A stretch of DNA of 28,334 nt. It comes from Spirulina sp. (lineage in GTDB: Bacteria; Cyanobacteriota; Cyanobacteriia; Phormidesmidales; Phormidesmidaceae). Position numbers and translations under genes: made by a program. The stretch is from NCBI GenBank assembly GCA_044070495.1, contig JBIPSI010000048.1, positions 1 to 28,334 of the forward strand. Reading direction: 5' to 3'. Shown here piece by piece: positions 8,343 through 17,489 of the stretch; position 1 is the stretch's first letter, and the number at the start of each line of letters is the position of its first letter. Below the pieces are notes generated by a model. It was given only the letters and a program-made list of their open reading frames with translations, made no database searches and was not told where the DNA came from.

Positions 8343-8798
8343 GTGGCTGCATACACGCCGTCGGCTCTAAAGGCCGAACTCAATGAGCGAGGCTGGCGCA
8401 TGACCCCCCAGCGGGAAACCATGCTGAAAACCTTTCAAAATCTACCGGAGGGCACGCACCTCAGTGCGGAGGATCTCTGTGATCTGCTGGATAAGGAGGG
8501 GGAACCCATTAGCCTCTCCACCATCTACCGCAACCTAAAGCTGATGGCGCGGATGGGTATTCTGCGGGAACTGGAACTGGCGGAGGGACAGAAGCGCTAC
8601 GAAATCAACCAGCCCGCCCCCCATCACCACCACCACCTGATCTGTGTGCGCTGCAACAAGACCATCGAGTTCAAGAACGATTCCGTCCTGAAGGTGGGGG
8701 CCAAAACCGCCGACCGATCCGGCTATCACCTGCTGGATTGCCAATTGCTGATCCACGGCATCTGCCCCTCCTGTCAGCGGTCTATTTTGCCTATTTAG
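8343..8798 (+). CDS. fur: Ferric uptake regulator (FurA-type)
   Basis: LKAELNERGWRMTPQRE, HLSAEDL, ISLSTIYRNLKLMARMGILRELEL, HHHHHLICVRC, CPSC. Confidence 0.95.
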   Translation: MAAYTPSALKAELNERGWRMTPQRETMLKTFQNLPEGTHLSAEDLCDLLDKEGEPISLSTIYRNLKLMARMGILRELELAEGQKRYEINQPAPHHHHHLICVRCNKTIEFKNDSVLKVGAKTADRSGYHLLDCQLLIHGICPSCQRSILPI

Positions 8799-8863
8799 CC
8801 TGAATTCGGGATAAAACCAGGCAGAACTTCAATGCTTTAGCAACCCTCTTCCTGCTTGCCCTT

Positions 8864-8904
8864 AAGCCCTCACCCCCAGCCCCTCTCCCCGCAGGAGAGG
8901 GGAG
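8864..8904 (+). repeat. REP-like repeat, family B, between convergent genes
   Basis: AAGCCCTCACCCCCAGCCCCTCTCCCCGCAGGAGAGGGGAG; 37 of 41 positions identical to 2381-2421. Confidence 0.9.
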
Positions 8905-8959
8905 CTAGATGTATTTCAAGACGGATCGGTGATTTTACAGACTGGGCCAAGGTCGGGGT

Positions 8960-9424
8960 CTACAGGACTTCGTGGGTGTATTTGTGCTGCTTCACGTTGT
9001 CGGATCGCAGAACCTTTTGCTTGGGGTTGAGGATGCGCTTGGGGGTGGTGGAATAGTTCAGATCTTGGCGGTGGGTACCTACGGGAATCGCCGTAGTAGC
9101 TTGGGGGCGGCTTTGATAGGTGCGGGCGGTGGCCATCACCCGTTGCTCAAAGTCGGCGCAGCGCTGCACCGGGGCACCGTCTAGGCCAGAGAGGGTGGTT
9201 GGATCGAGGGCTAGGGCTGCGTCTAGGGTGGTGCCCCAGAGGTCGTGGTAGGCGGTGGGGGTGCCCTGGAGTAGGGTATCGAGGTAGGCGGAGGGAATGG
9301 GTTCTACGACTTCTGTGGCTAGGGTTTCGCCCTCCTGTCGCAGGTAGCAGGTGGCTAGGCCCAGCAGCACATAGCTCTGGGGATCGAGGTCGGTGGGATG
9401 CAGGGTGGAAGGGGCTGCACTCAT
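8960..9424 (-). CDS. Conserved cyanobacterial hypothetical protein
   Basis: 154-aa ORF. Motifs YVLLGLATCY, EPIPSA, ARTY, NYSTTPKRILN and DNVKQHKYTHEVL resemble a conserved cyanobacterial family (recalled, not searched). Confidence 0.8.
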   Translation of the reverse strand: MSAAPSTLHPTDLDPQSYVLLGLATCYLRQEGETLATEVVEPIPSAYLDTLLQGTPTAYHDLWGTTLDAALALDPTTLSGLDGAPVQRCADFEQRVMATARTYQSRPQATTAIPVGTHRQDLNYSTTPKRILNPKQKVLRSDNVKQHKYTHEVL

Positions 9425-9847
9425 GGGGGCTTGAACTCCTAGAAAGTCGGGACTTGGGACGTAGCAAAGGACTTAAATTTTAGCCCTAGGGCCTTGGCTC
9501 CAGGGAACCCGCCTGGGGAACTGTCACAAAACACAACCCTTGAGATCCCTGAATCCCGTTTGATAGGGCTAGGTCAAGGGGGCCTGTCCAGACCGGGCCA
9601 ACCTGCCCCTTCCGACTTGGATCATTCCGGCTTGACAAAACGACATCAATAACGGTGTTTACCTACGTACCATTACAGACTAAAGCGCGGGCCTTGATAA
9701 AGCTGGGATGAATTTGGCCCGTCGTCTCCGTTGTTTCTCGGTTTAGCCACGAATGGATTGATGGGAGGATGCGAGCATGGTTGGTTGCCTCTCATGCCTT
9801 CGTTCGATCTGCCTTCGGAGCACATTGCATTGCCAAAGGGAATCACT

Positions 9848-10561
9848 ATGGGCCTCTACGGACAGCCTCAGCCAACACAGTCTCCACCGATGGTCAGCCC
9901 CGGTGCTCAGCCCTACGCCCTTTCAGAGCAGGGGTGGCCCTATTGTCCTTGGCCGAATATCGCTATTGTCGAGGATGATTCAGAGGACTGGCTACAACAC
10001 CTAACCCAGGAGGCCGTGCGGCAACAGCGCTACAACGGGGCCTTATTATTGCTCGACCATTTAATTGAGCGATGCCCCCAACGGGCCAGCTACTACAACA
10101 ATCGAGGCTTGGTGCATCTATGGTGCCAGCATTATGTCGAAGCGCTCGCCGACTTTGACGACGCCCTTCAGCTTGATCCACAGCTAGATCAAGCCCACAA
10201 CAACCGAGCCACAGCCTATGCCGCCCTAGGATGTTTTGCCCTGGCGGTGGCGGACTATGAACGCGCTCTAGAGCTTAATCCCTTCAATACCCGGACAAGG
10301 ATCAACCTGGGCATTACCTGGCGCGACCTAGACCAACTGGATCGCGCCCTGATGTGCTTGGATGAAGCACTTTTGTTTTATCAACTCACGGAGCATGCCT
10401 ACGCAGAGCGGGGCCGCACCTACCACCTGCGGGGCGACTGGAACTGTGCCCTAGCCGACTATCGCCGCAGCCTAGGCCTGTTGGCTACCCGACCGATGAC
10501 CGCCGCCGCCGTAGCTCTGCAACAGCGGGTGCAGGGCTGGATTGACGAGTTGCTGCCCTAG
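9848..10561 (+). CDS. Tetratricopeptide repeat protein
   Basis: TPR units YYNNRGLV..ALADFDDALQLDP, AHNNRATA..ADYERALELNP and AYAERGRTY..GDWNCALADY. Start uncertain: the ORF is open from 9731, and ATG 9848 has AAGGGA upstream. Confidence 0.85.
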   Translation: MGLYGQPQPTQSPPMVSPGAQPYALSEQGWPYCPWPNIAIVEDDSEDWLQHLTQEAVRQQRYNGALLLLDHLIERCPQRASYYNNRGLVHLWCQHYVEALADFDDALQLDPQLDQAHNNRATAYAALGCFALAVADYERALELNPFNTRTRINLGITWRDLDQLDRALMCLDEALLFYQLTEHAYAERGRTYHLRGDWNCALADYRRSLGLLATRPMTAAAVALQQRVQGWIDELLP

Positions 10562-10602
10562 GTTTCTGTCCTGAGTGGCTGTCCTAGGTGGCGGCCCTGA
10601 TC

Positions 10603-11310
10603 CTAGCTCACCAAGCCCGACCGCAGGGCACGAACAGCGGCCTTAGTGCGATCATCCACGCCCAGTTTATTGAGAATGCTGCGCACGTGGGTTTTGACGG
10701 TGCCCACGGTGATGTAGGATCGCTCGGCAATTTCGGCGTTGCTACACCCAGCCACAATCAGTTCTAGGATTTCCAGTTCCCGTTCGGTGAGGGGATAGGT
10801 TTCTAGGATTTGTTCAAACTCTGGGGCCACGGCATCAATGCGAACCGTGCGGCTACTAGCGGCGACGGGGCCAGTGGTCGCGCGCACCTGTCGCAGCACC
10901 ACATTGGCCACCGCCGGGTCAATCCAGGCGTTGCCCTCGCAGGTTTCGCGCACCGCCACCATCAGATCATCAAGTTCCGCCTGCTTCATGCAGTAGGAGT
11001 CGGCCCCGGCGGCAAAGGCGGCCATCACGGCAGACTCGCTATCGTGCATGGTCAGCATCAGCACTTTGGGCTGATCGATCCCCTGGCTGGCCTGAAATTG
11101 CCGCAGGGCAGCCACCACCTCAATGCCATCCATGTCCGGCAAACCAATATCCACGATGGCAATATCAGCGGGCTGGCGCTGCAACAGAGCCAAGCCTTCT
11201 TTACCCGTGGCCGCTTCGCCCACTACTTCCATATCTGCCGCCTGGCTAAGCCCTGCCCGGAGGCCCATGCGGGTGAGGTTATGGTCTTCAATCAAAATAA
11301 TCCGAATCAT
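10603..11310 (-). CDS. NarL/LuxR-family response regulator (REC + HTH)
   Basis: IILIEDH, IVDIGLPDMDG, MLT, SYCMK, and LTERELEILELIVAGCSNAEIA..ITVGTVKTHVRSILNKL. Confidence 0.95.
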   Translation of the reverse strand: MIRIILIEDHNLTRMGLRAGLSQAADMEVVGEAATGKEGLALLQRQPADIAIVDIGLPDMDGIEVVAALRQFQASQGIDQPKVLMLTMHDSESAVMAAFAAGADSYCMKQAELDDLMVAVRETCEGNAWIDPAVANVVLRQVRATTGPVAASSRTVRIDAVAPEFEQILETYPLTERELEILELIVAGCSNAEIAERSYITVGTVKTHVRSILNKLGVDDRTKAAVRALRSGLVS

Positions 11311-11513
11311 GGCTATGGTTGGTGTAGTTAAATTGCAAAGCTCCCGCTGTCCTTGCTGTCTGAGCCCCTATTACCATGGAGTTTTAGGGGGGTGTTGTCT
11401 TGTATCTTCGGACAGAGATACTAGCGTAGCGGGATCTTTTCGGACAGCACCGACCTCGACATGGGCCGGTTAGCATGGGCAGATTGGGATGAATCCGGAG
11501 TGATGAGGGGACT

Positions 11514-12341
11514 ATGGCCGATTGTACTCCGTGGCTAGCCTTGGCGGTGGGAAATAGCCGCCTTCACTGGGGGGCCTTTGCGGGGGCGCAATGGCTAGGG
11601 GAATGGCATACTCCCCATTTCACGCCAGATCAGGCCCAAACCTTAATGGAAGTGGGCTTTGCAGCCTGGGCCTGGGCTTCGCTAGTGGCAGATGATTGGG
11701 AATCTGAGCCGCCCAATCTGGGAGCTGCCACGGCTCCCGTAGATCCTGCGCCCATGGATCTCTGGATGGCATCAATGGTGAAGGATCAGGGGGATCTCTG
11801 GCGTCGGTACCCGCTTTGTCATGGGGTCTCCACGAACCAGGTGCCCCTGCCAGGAACCTATCCCACCCTGGGGGTGGATCGCGCCCTGGCCCTGGTGGGG
11901 GCGGGGGAAACCTACGGCTGGCCCGTCCTGGTGGTGGATGGAGGAACAGCCCTGACCCTCACTGCAGGGGCCGACAGGAACTTGGTGGGAGGGGCGATTT
12001 GGCCAGGACTACGGTCGCAATTCCGCGCCCTCCACGACTACACCGATGGCCTACCCCTAATTGCCCCCGACCTCGGAACGCTCCCTCCCCGCTGGGCCAC
12101 CACCACCGCCGAGGCTATGGCCAGCGGGGTTTTGTACAGCCAACTGGCAGGGCTACGGGAATTTATCACCGACTGGCGGCAGCGTTATCCCGGAGGGCAG
12201 GTGGTGTTTACTGGGGGCGATGGGCCAACCCTGGCAACGGCTCTGACCCTCCAAAACCCTGACTGGGCAGGGATTATCCAGGTTGATGCAGCCTTGGTAT
12301 TTTGGGGGCTGCGGGTCTGTCGGAAAATTCGGAAGGATTAG
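11514..12341 (+). CDS. coaX: Type III pantothenate kinase
   Basis: LALAVGNSRLHWG, YPTLGVDRALA, VLVVDGGTALT, GGAIWPGL, TAEAMASGV, VFTGGDG. Confidence 0.9.
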   Translation: MADCTPWLALAVGNSRLHWGAFAGAQWLGEWHTPHFTPDQAQTLMEVGFAAWAWASLVADDWESEPPNLGAATAPVDPAPMDLWMASMVKDQGDLWRRYPLCHGVSTNQVPLPGTYPTLGVDRALALVGAGETYGWPVLVVDGGTALTLTAGADRNLVGGAIWPGLRSQFRALHDYTDGLPLIAPDLGTLPPRWATTTAEAMASGVLYSQLAGLREFITDWRQRYPGGQVVFTGGDGPTLATALTLQNPDWAGIIQVDAALVFWGLRVCRKIRKD

Positions 12342-12619
12342 AGTTAGAAGCCTTTCTCCAGGTCGATTCATGACGCATTGCAGTTTCAATTCTGGAAACG
12401 GTACTGCGTCAAAAGCCTTGCCCCAGCACTATAGAATTTCATCGCCAGTATCTGGAATCCTCCAAGCTGGCTTTGAAGTACCGTAATGTCCCTATTTCCT
12501 GGAGCCATAGTCGTTGCCTTTGGCCCCACAGGAGGGACTCTCTATGCCCCTGACTAGGTGGATGAGGCCCGTATCAAGTCACGGCAAGATCCACCCAGCC
12601 GTTTTGCCCCCAAACTCCC

Positions 12620-14539
12620 ATGATGCACCTTTCACGCCTCCCAGCTATGGCTGGGATCCTGTTGTTTTGCACGGTGTTGTCTGCCCTGAGGCACCCTCTG
12701 CTGGCCCCCGTGGCCCAAGCCCAGATAGACCCCACGGTGCCCCAGGTCAACTGGGGTCAGGCGGATCCTGTGGATATGCGAATGCTGCGATCTCACCTAG
12801 CCGCCCAAGACTGGGAGTCTGCCGATGCCGAAACCCGCCGCATTTTAGATCGCTGGATTCATCCCGGTGGCAACATTTTGGGCACACCCTTGGCCACCAA
12901 CATTCCCCCAGAGGTGCTGCAAACCCTGGATGATCTGTGGATAGAGGCTAGCGACGGGCGGTTTGGCTTTAGCGTGCAGCAGCGCCTCTGGGCCGAGGTG
13001 CGGGCGCAGAATTCGGTGGATTCGGCCACGGCAGCGAAGGCCTTTGGGGATCGGGTCGGCTGGACACGCCCCCCCGGCAGGGAAGACCCTACCTTCATCG
13101 CTGGGGAATGGCTAACCGAAATGGAAATTACCCATTCCCTAGAGGCCCCCGTGGGCCATTTGCCCTGGGCCGGGGTGAGCTGGGCACAAATTGCTCGCCT
13201 GCTGTCGGTGGAAAGCTGCGGCAGTTGCACCATCGACGCTATGTATGTGCAGGGCGAGCGGTTCAACCAATACCTACCCATCCTCTATAGCTGGGTGGAA
13301 ACGGCCCTAGACATGACCGTGCCGAACATTGGCTCTTGGCAGCGGCCCCAGTTGGCCCACACCATCGATCTCCAGTCCCTCTATCCCGATTCTCAATGCC
13401 CCATTCGCACGGCGTCCTCGGCCATTAGCCCCAACGGTGCCGTGGTGGCCATTGGCAGCTACAGCTACGAGCGCAACTGCCCACATCCAGGGGAAAGCAC
13501 CCTGGCCCTGTGGAACGCCCAGCGGGGTAACCGGATCATCACCCTGCAACGGGGGCCAGCCCTGGAAGCTTTGTCCCAGGGCACCCCACCCCAGGAACCG
13601 AGTGGCCAGGGAGATCGCATTGTGGGGGATGTGGCCAATTCAGTAGCCTTCACCCCCGATAGCCAGATCGTGGCGGCGGGGATGTCCTACGGGGTGGTGC
13701 GGCTGTGGTCGGCCACCACGGGGGAACCCCTCCGCACCCTGGCGGGCCATCGCTATGCGGTGCGGGCCATTGCCATCAGCCCCACAGGGCAAACCCTAGC
13801 TAGCACCAGTGCCGACAACACCGTTAAACTGTGGGACCTGCAAACTGGACGGCTGTTGCAGACCATGATGATTCCGGCCCCCGATGGCATCGTCCACACC
13901 ATGACCTTCAGCCCCAATGGGGAACGGTTGGCCACCGCCACCAACCAAAACACCCTCCAGCTCTGGGAGGTGCCCAGCGGACGGCTGATTCGCACCCTGG
14001 TGAACCGGGCTGGCAACGGCATTGCGCTCCTGCCCCTGGCCTTTAGCCCAGACGGTAGAACCCTAGCCACGGGGGATGCCGACAACAGCCTGAAATTCTG
14101 GAACGCCAACACCGGAGCCCGCCAGCTCACCCTGCGGGTGCATGAACCCCTTCGCCACCTGGCCTATAGCCCCAATGGCGAAGGGCTGGCCACCAGCGAC
14201 GGCACCACCGCCCGCCTGTGGAACCTGGCCCGTCGGGAAACGGTGCATTTCATCTCCCTAAACCAGACTGCTGGGCATCCCATTCAGCCCACCAATCCGG
14301 GCTGGGTGGCGTTTAGCCCCGATGGCACCACCCTGGCGACGGGTACCCTCCTCCTGCCGCTGGTGGAAAGTGAGCCGATTCCTCGCCAGGGCATTACCCT
14401 CTGGTCGGTGGAAACGGGGTTGCCGCTGTCGCAACTGCATGGGGTTGGCCCCTTTCAGTTCAGCCCCAAGGGCGACTTTTTGATGGCCCAGGGGCAGCGG
14501 GTGCAGTTCTGGCGACCCTACAGCGGCCTGGTGCGGTAG
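12620..14539 (+). CDS. Signal-peptide-bearing GUN4-domain / WD40-repeat protein
   Basis: Hydrophobic leader ending ..VAQAQ. GUN4 motifs LAAQDWESADAET, LQTLDDLWIEASDGRFGFSVQ, FGDRVGW, APVGHLP. About 7 WD40 blades (e.g. GHRYAVRAIAISPTGQTLASTSADNTVKLWD). Confidence 0.85.
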   Translation: MMHLSRLPAMAGILLFCTVLSALRHPLLAPVAQAQIDPTVPQVNWGQADPVDMRMLRSHLAAQDWESADAETRRILDRWIHPGGNILGTPLATNIPPEVLQTLDDLWIEASDGRFGFSVQQRLWAEVRAQNSVDSATAAKAFGDRVGWTRPPGREDPTFIAGEWLTEMEITHSLEAPVGHLPWAGVSWAQIARLLSVESCGSCTIDAMYVQGERFNQYLPILYSWVETALDMTVPNIGSWQRPQLAHTIDLQSLYPDSQCPIRTASSAISPNGAVVAIGSYSYERNCPHPGESTLALWNAQRGNRIITLQRGPALEALSQGTPPQEPSGQGDRIVGDVANSVAFTPDSQIVAAGMSYGVVRLWSATTGEPLRTLAGHRYAVRAIAISPTGQTLASTSADNTVKLWDLQTGRLLQTMMIPAPDGIVHTMTFSPNGERLATATNQNTLQLWEVPSGRLIRTLVNRAGNGIALLPLAFSPDGRTLATGDADNSLKFWNANTGARQLTLRVHEPLRHLAYSPNGEGLATSDGTTARLWNLARRETVHFISLNQTAGHPIQPTNPGWVAFSPDGTTLATGTLLLPLVESEPIPRQGITLWSVETGLPLSQLHGVGPFQFSPKGDFLMAQGQRVQFWRPYSGLVR

Positions 14540-14609
14540 GACACGGGCACAGCACCCCAGCTTGCGATCTGACCCGACTAGTCCCGCCGTTGGCCCAATG
14601 ACAACGTCC

Positions 14610-15476
14610 CTACAGGCCGCGAAGGATGGCCTGGTAGGCGGCGGCATCGGTGCCCACGCCAGCGTTGGCGGCAAAGGTGCCTTCGTTGTGCATGGCCTGG
14701 AGGTTGTTGACCCGGTTGCCGGGGTTGGGGTGGCTGCTGAGGAACTCCGGTGGGTTGCCGCCTCGGCGTTCTAGGGTTTGCATAAAGCTGATAAACCCGG
14801 TGGTGTCGTAGCCCGCCCGCCCCATATTGACGAAGCCCCGACGGTCAGCGTCGTACTCAGCCTCGCGGCTGTTGGGCAGATCCAAGGCCAACTGCATCCC
14901 CAGGTTAACCAGGGCATCTTGGCGCACTTCCAACGCCCCGGCAATGCCGTTGGCCAGGGCGGCCTGCTGCATCCGATTGACGACGTGGCGGCCCGTAATG
15001 TGGCCAATCTCGTGGGCGATTACCCCCGCCAATTCGGCTTCGTTGGTGGCGGCCCGCATCAGCCCCGTTTGGATATAGACAAACCCGCCCGTGGTGGCAA
15101 AGGCGTTGATGTCGTCATCGGCCACCACCTGGAAGGTGTAGGGCAGGTTGGGCCGATCACTGGTGGCGGCAAGGCGTTGGCCAATGGCATTCACGTACTC
15201 GTTAATGGCGGGGTTGCCCTGGTAAATTCGCACCCCCTGGGCCTTTAACTGGCGGTCAATCTGGCTACCCAGAGCCACCTCATCCTGTTCTGATAGATTG
15301 CTGAGCTGGATGTAGCGAATACCTTGAAACAGCAGATCCAATAAACCCGCCTGGGAGGCCGTGGGGGTGGCCAAGCCAAGACTAACAGCCAATACCAGCG
15401 CCATCACAGCGTAGAGACCCCGTCGATACAGGTGGCGAATCAGGGTTCGCGAAACGGTGGTGAGTCTTACAAACAT
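14610..15476 (-). CDS. M48-family zinc metallopeptidase
   Basis: INAFATTGG, EAELAGVIAHEIGH (HExxH), SREAEYDADRRG, FLSSHP; N-terminal signal/TM segment. Confidence 0.93.
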   Translation of the reverse strand: MFVRLTTVSRTLIRHLYRRGLYAVMALVLAVSLGLATPTASQAGLLDLLFQGIRYIQLSNLSEQDEVALGSQIDRQLKAQGVRIYQGNPAINEYVNAIGQRLAATSDRPNLPYTFQVVADDDINAFATTGGFVYIQTGLMRAATNEAELAGVIAHEIGHITGRHVVNRMQQAALANGIAGALEVRQDALVNLGMQLALDLPNSREAEYDADRRGFVNMGRAGYDTTGFISFMQTLERRGGNPPEFLSSHPNPGNRVNNLQAMHNEGTFAANAGVGTDAAAYQAILRGL

Positions 15477-15639
15477 TGGAGTTGTGCCCTATCAACGTGT
15501 TATCAAAATGCCCACTTTTTAGCCCAGACGCACCAATTAACACAGAAGTGCCTGCCTATGCTTCAATGGTATCGGCTCGGCCCATGGGCCGTAGCGCTCG
15601 TTACCGTCCTGTTTTCGGCCCAGAGGGGTATCCATCGGC

Positions 15640-16179
15640 ATGACAATCATCGACTCCAAAGGACGCCTGTTTGGCAAGGTTAGCCTCCTGGATGTGGGAG
15701 CGGCTTTAATTATTCTGATGGTGCTGGGCGGCATTTTTCTCTACCCCGGTACGTCGGGTTCGGTGGCCCAGGTGGGCGCAACCCTGAAGCCTGTAGAGGT
15801 CGATGTGATGGTGCGGGGACTGACCTCATCTAACCCCGATCAGCTCTTTAACGACATTCAAAACGCCGGAACGGTCAACATCATCATTCGCAACCAACCC
15901 TACGGTCAAGTTGATATCAAATCGGTTCAGCGGTTGCCTCGGTCTACGGCGGTGCCCCAGCCCGATGGCAGCGTGATTGCCCTGCCCGACCCTCGCCCGG
16001 AGCTGAATTACACCATCGACATGCTGATCACCCTAGAGGGGGAGGCCCAAATGACCGATACAGGGCCGGTGTTTGGCAACAGCAAGGTGAAGGTGGGTAC
16101 CCCCATCGAACTGGATGGCGATCTCTATAATTTCAATACCAGTACCGTGGACGTGCGGGTTTTAGATAATCCGTCCTAA
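15640..16179 (+). CDS. DUF4330 family membrane protein
   Basis: IIDSKGRLFGKVSLLD followed by a TM helix; IIIRNQPYG; VPQPDG..ALPDP. Confidence 0.85.
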   Translation: MTIIDSKGRLFGKVSLLDVGAALIILMVLGGIFLYPGTSGSVAQVGATLKPVEVDVMVRGLTSSNPDQLFNDIQNAGTVNIIIRNQPYGQVDIKSVQRLPRSTAVPQPDGSVIALPDPRPELNYTIDMLITLEGEAQMTDTGPVFGNSKVKVGTPIELDGDLYNFNTSTVDVRVLDNPS

Positions 16180-16224
16180 GCTGCCTTACCCCCGCCATTC
16201 CCTCATATCAAGGAACCCTGCCCG

Positions 16225-17286
16225 ATGACCGTTGCGCCTTTTTCCGTCGCCGTTTCTGCCTCCCATGCCACGACTTCATCTTGGTTTGATCTGGCCGATC
16301 AGTCCCTGGCTGGAGACATTCTGAGCCGGGAAGACGCCCATCGTGTGCTGACCTCGGCAGATGAGGATTTGCTGGAACTGCTGGCGGCGGTGTATCGGGT
16401 GCGGCGACACCACTGGGGCAATCGGGTGCGGTTGCACTTTTTGCTGAATGCCCAGAGCGGTCTCTGCCCAGAGGACTGCCACTACTGCTCCCAGTCCAAG
16501 ATTTCCGCCGCCGACATCGAAAAATATCCCTTCATGGCCCAGGATCAAATCCTGGCTGCCGCTGAGCGGGCGCACACCCTCAAGGCAGGCACCTTCTGCA
16601 TGGTAATCTCTGGCCGATCCCCCTCGGAGCGCGTATTTAACCAGGTGCTCGACACCGTGCGCCAGGTCAAAGCCCGCTACCCGATGAAGCTCTGTGCCTG
16701 CCTAGGCCTGCTGGACGAACAGCAAACCCAACAACTGGCCGAGGCCGGGGTAGATCGGGTCAACCACAACCTCAATACCTCCGAAGCCCACCACGGCGAC
16801 ATCTGCACCACACACACATTCCAGGATCGGATGGATACCCTGCGGGCCGTTCAATCCGCCGGAATTACCACCTGTTCCGGGGGCATTTTTGGCATGGGCG
16901 AAAGCCACGACGACATCATCGACATGGCCCTTACCCTGCGCCAGATTAACGTCACCAGCGTGCCCCTGAATTTCTTGATTCCCATCCCCGGTACCCCCTT
17001 CGAGGGCCGTCAGGAACTCACCCCGCGCCAGTGTTTACGTATTCTTAGCCTGTTTCGGCTGCTGCTGCCTAGCCAAGAAATCCGCATTGCCGGGGGCCGC
17101 GAGGTGCAACTGCGTCAGCTTCAGCCCCTAGGGCTTTATGCCGCCAACTCAATCTTCATTGGCGACTACCTCACCACCCCCGGCCAAGCCGCCCAGGCCG
17201 ATTTCGAGATGATCCGCGATGCAGGCTTTGTCCTAGAAGGCCCCAACGGTGAAACGCTGACCGAATTTCCAGGCCAGGTGCCGTAG
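16225..17286 (+). CDS. bioB: Biotin synthase (radical SAM)
   Basis: [66 protein letters not shown]. Confidence 0.96.
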   Translation: MTVAPFSVAVSASHATTSSWFDLADQSLAGDILSREDAHRVLTSADEDLLELLAAVYRVRRHHWGNRVRLHFLLNAQSGLCPEDCHYCSQSKISAADIEKYPFMAQDQILAAAERAHTLKAGTFCMVISGRSPSERVFNQVLDTVRQVKARYPMKLCACLGLLDEQQTQQLAEAGVDRVNHNLNTSEAHHGDICTTHTFQDRMDTLRAVQSAGITTCSGGIFGMGESHDDIIDMALTLRQINVTSVPLNFLIPIPGTPFEGRQELTPRQCLRILSLFRLLLPSQEIRIAGGREVQLRQLQPLGLYAANSIFIGDYLTTPGQAAQADFEMIRDAGFVLEGPNGETLTEFPGQVP

Positions 17287-17307
17287 CCTCCTGATTAAGA
17301 AAATGAG

Positions 17308-17375
17308 AAAAACCCGGTTTCTTCCCCAGTCAAGGCCCAGACTTGATCGGAACCAGAGGGAGAAACCGGGTTTTT
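17308..17375. repeat. REP-like inverted pair AAAAACCCGGTTTCT / AGAAACCGGGTTTTT
   Basis: Perfect 15-bp inverted repeat (17308-17322, 17361-17375) with a 38-nt spacer, between convergent bioB and the malic enzyme gene. Confidence 0.75.
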
Positions 17376-17426
17376 GTGTCGCCGTTCTAGCAAGCGGTTG
17401 AGCCATTGGCTCTCTGGCCACAACCA

Positions 17427-17475
17427 CCAGGGAGTGAACTCCCTGGCTGATCGCGAAAGTCGGCTTTAGCCGACT
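17427..17475. repeat. Tandem pair of short palindromes (REP-like; possible bidirectional terminator)
   Basis: CCAGGGAGT-GA-ACTCCCTGG (17427-17446) and AGTCGGCT-TT-AGCCGACT (17458-17475). Confidence 0.7.
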
Positions 17476-17489
17476 AAGGCTGTGCTGGA

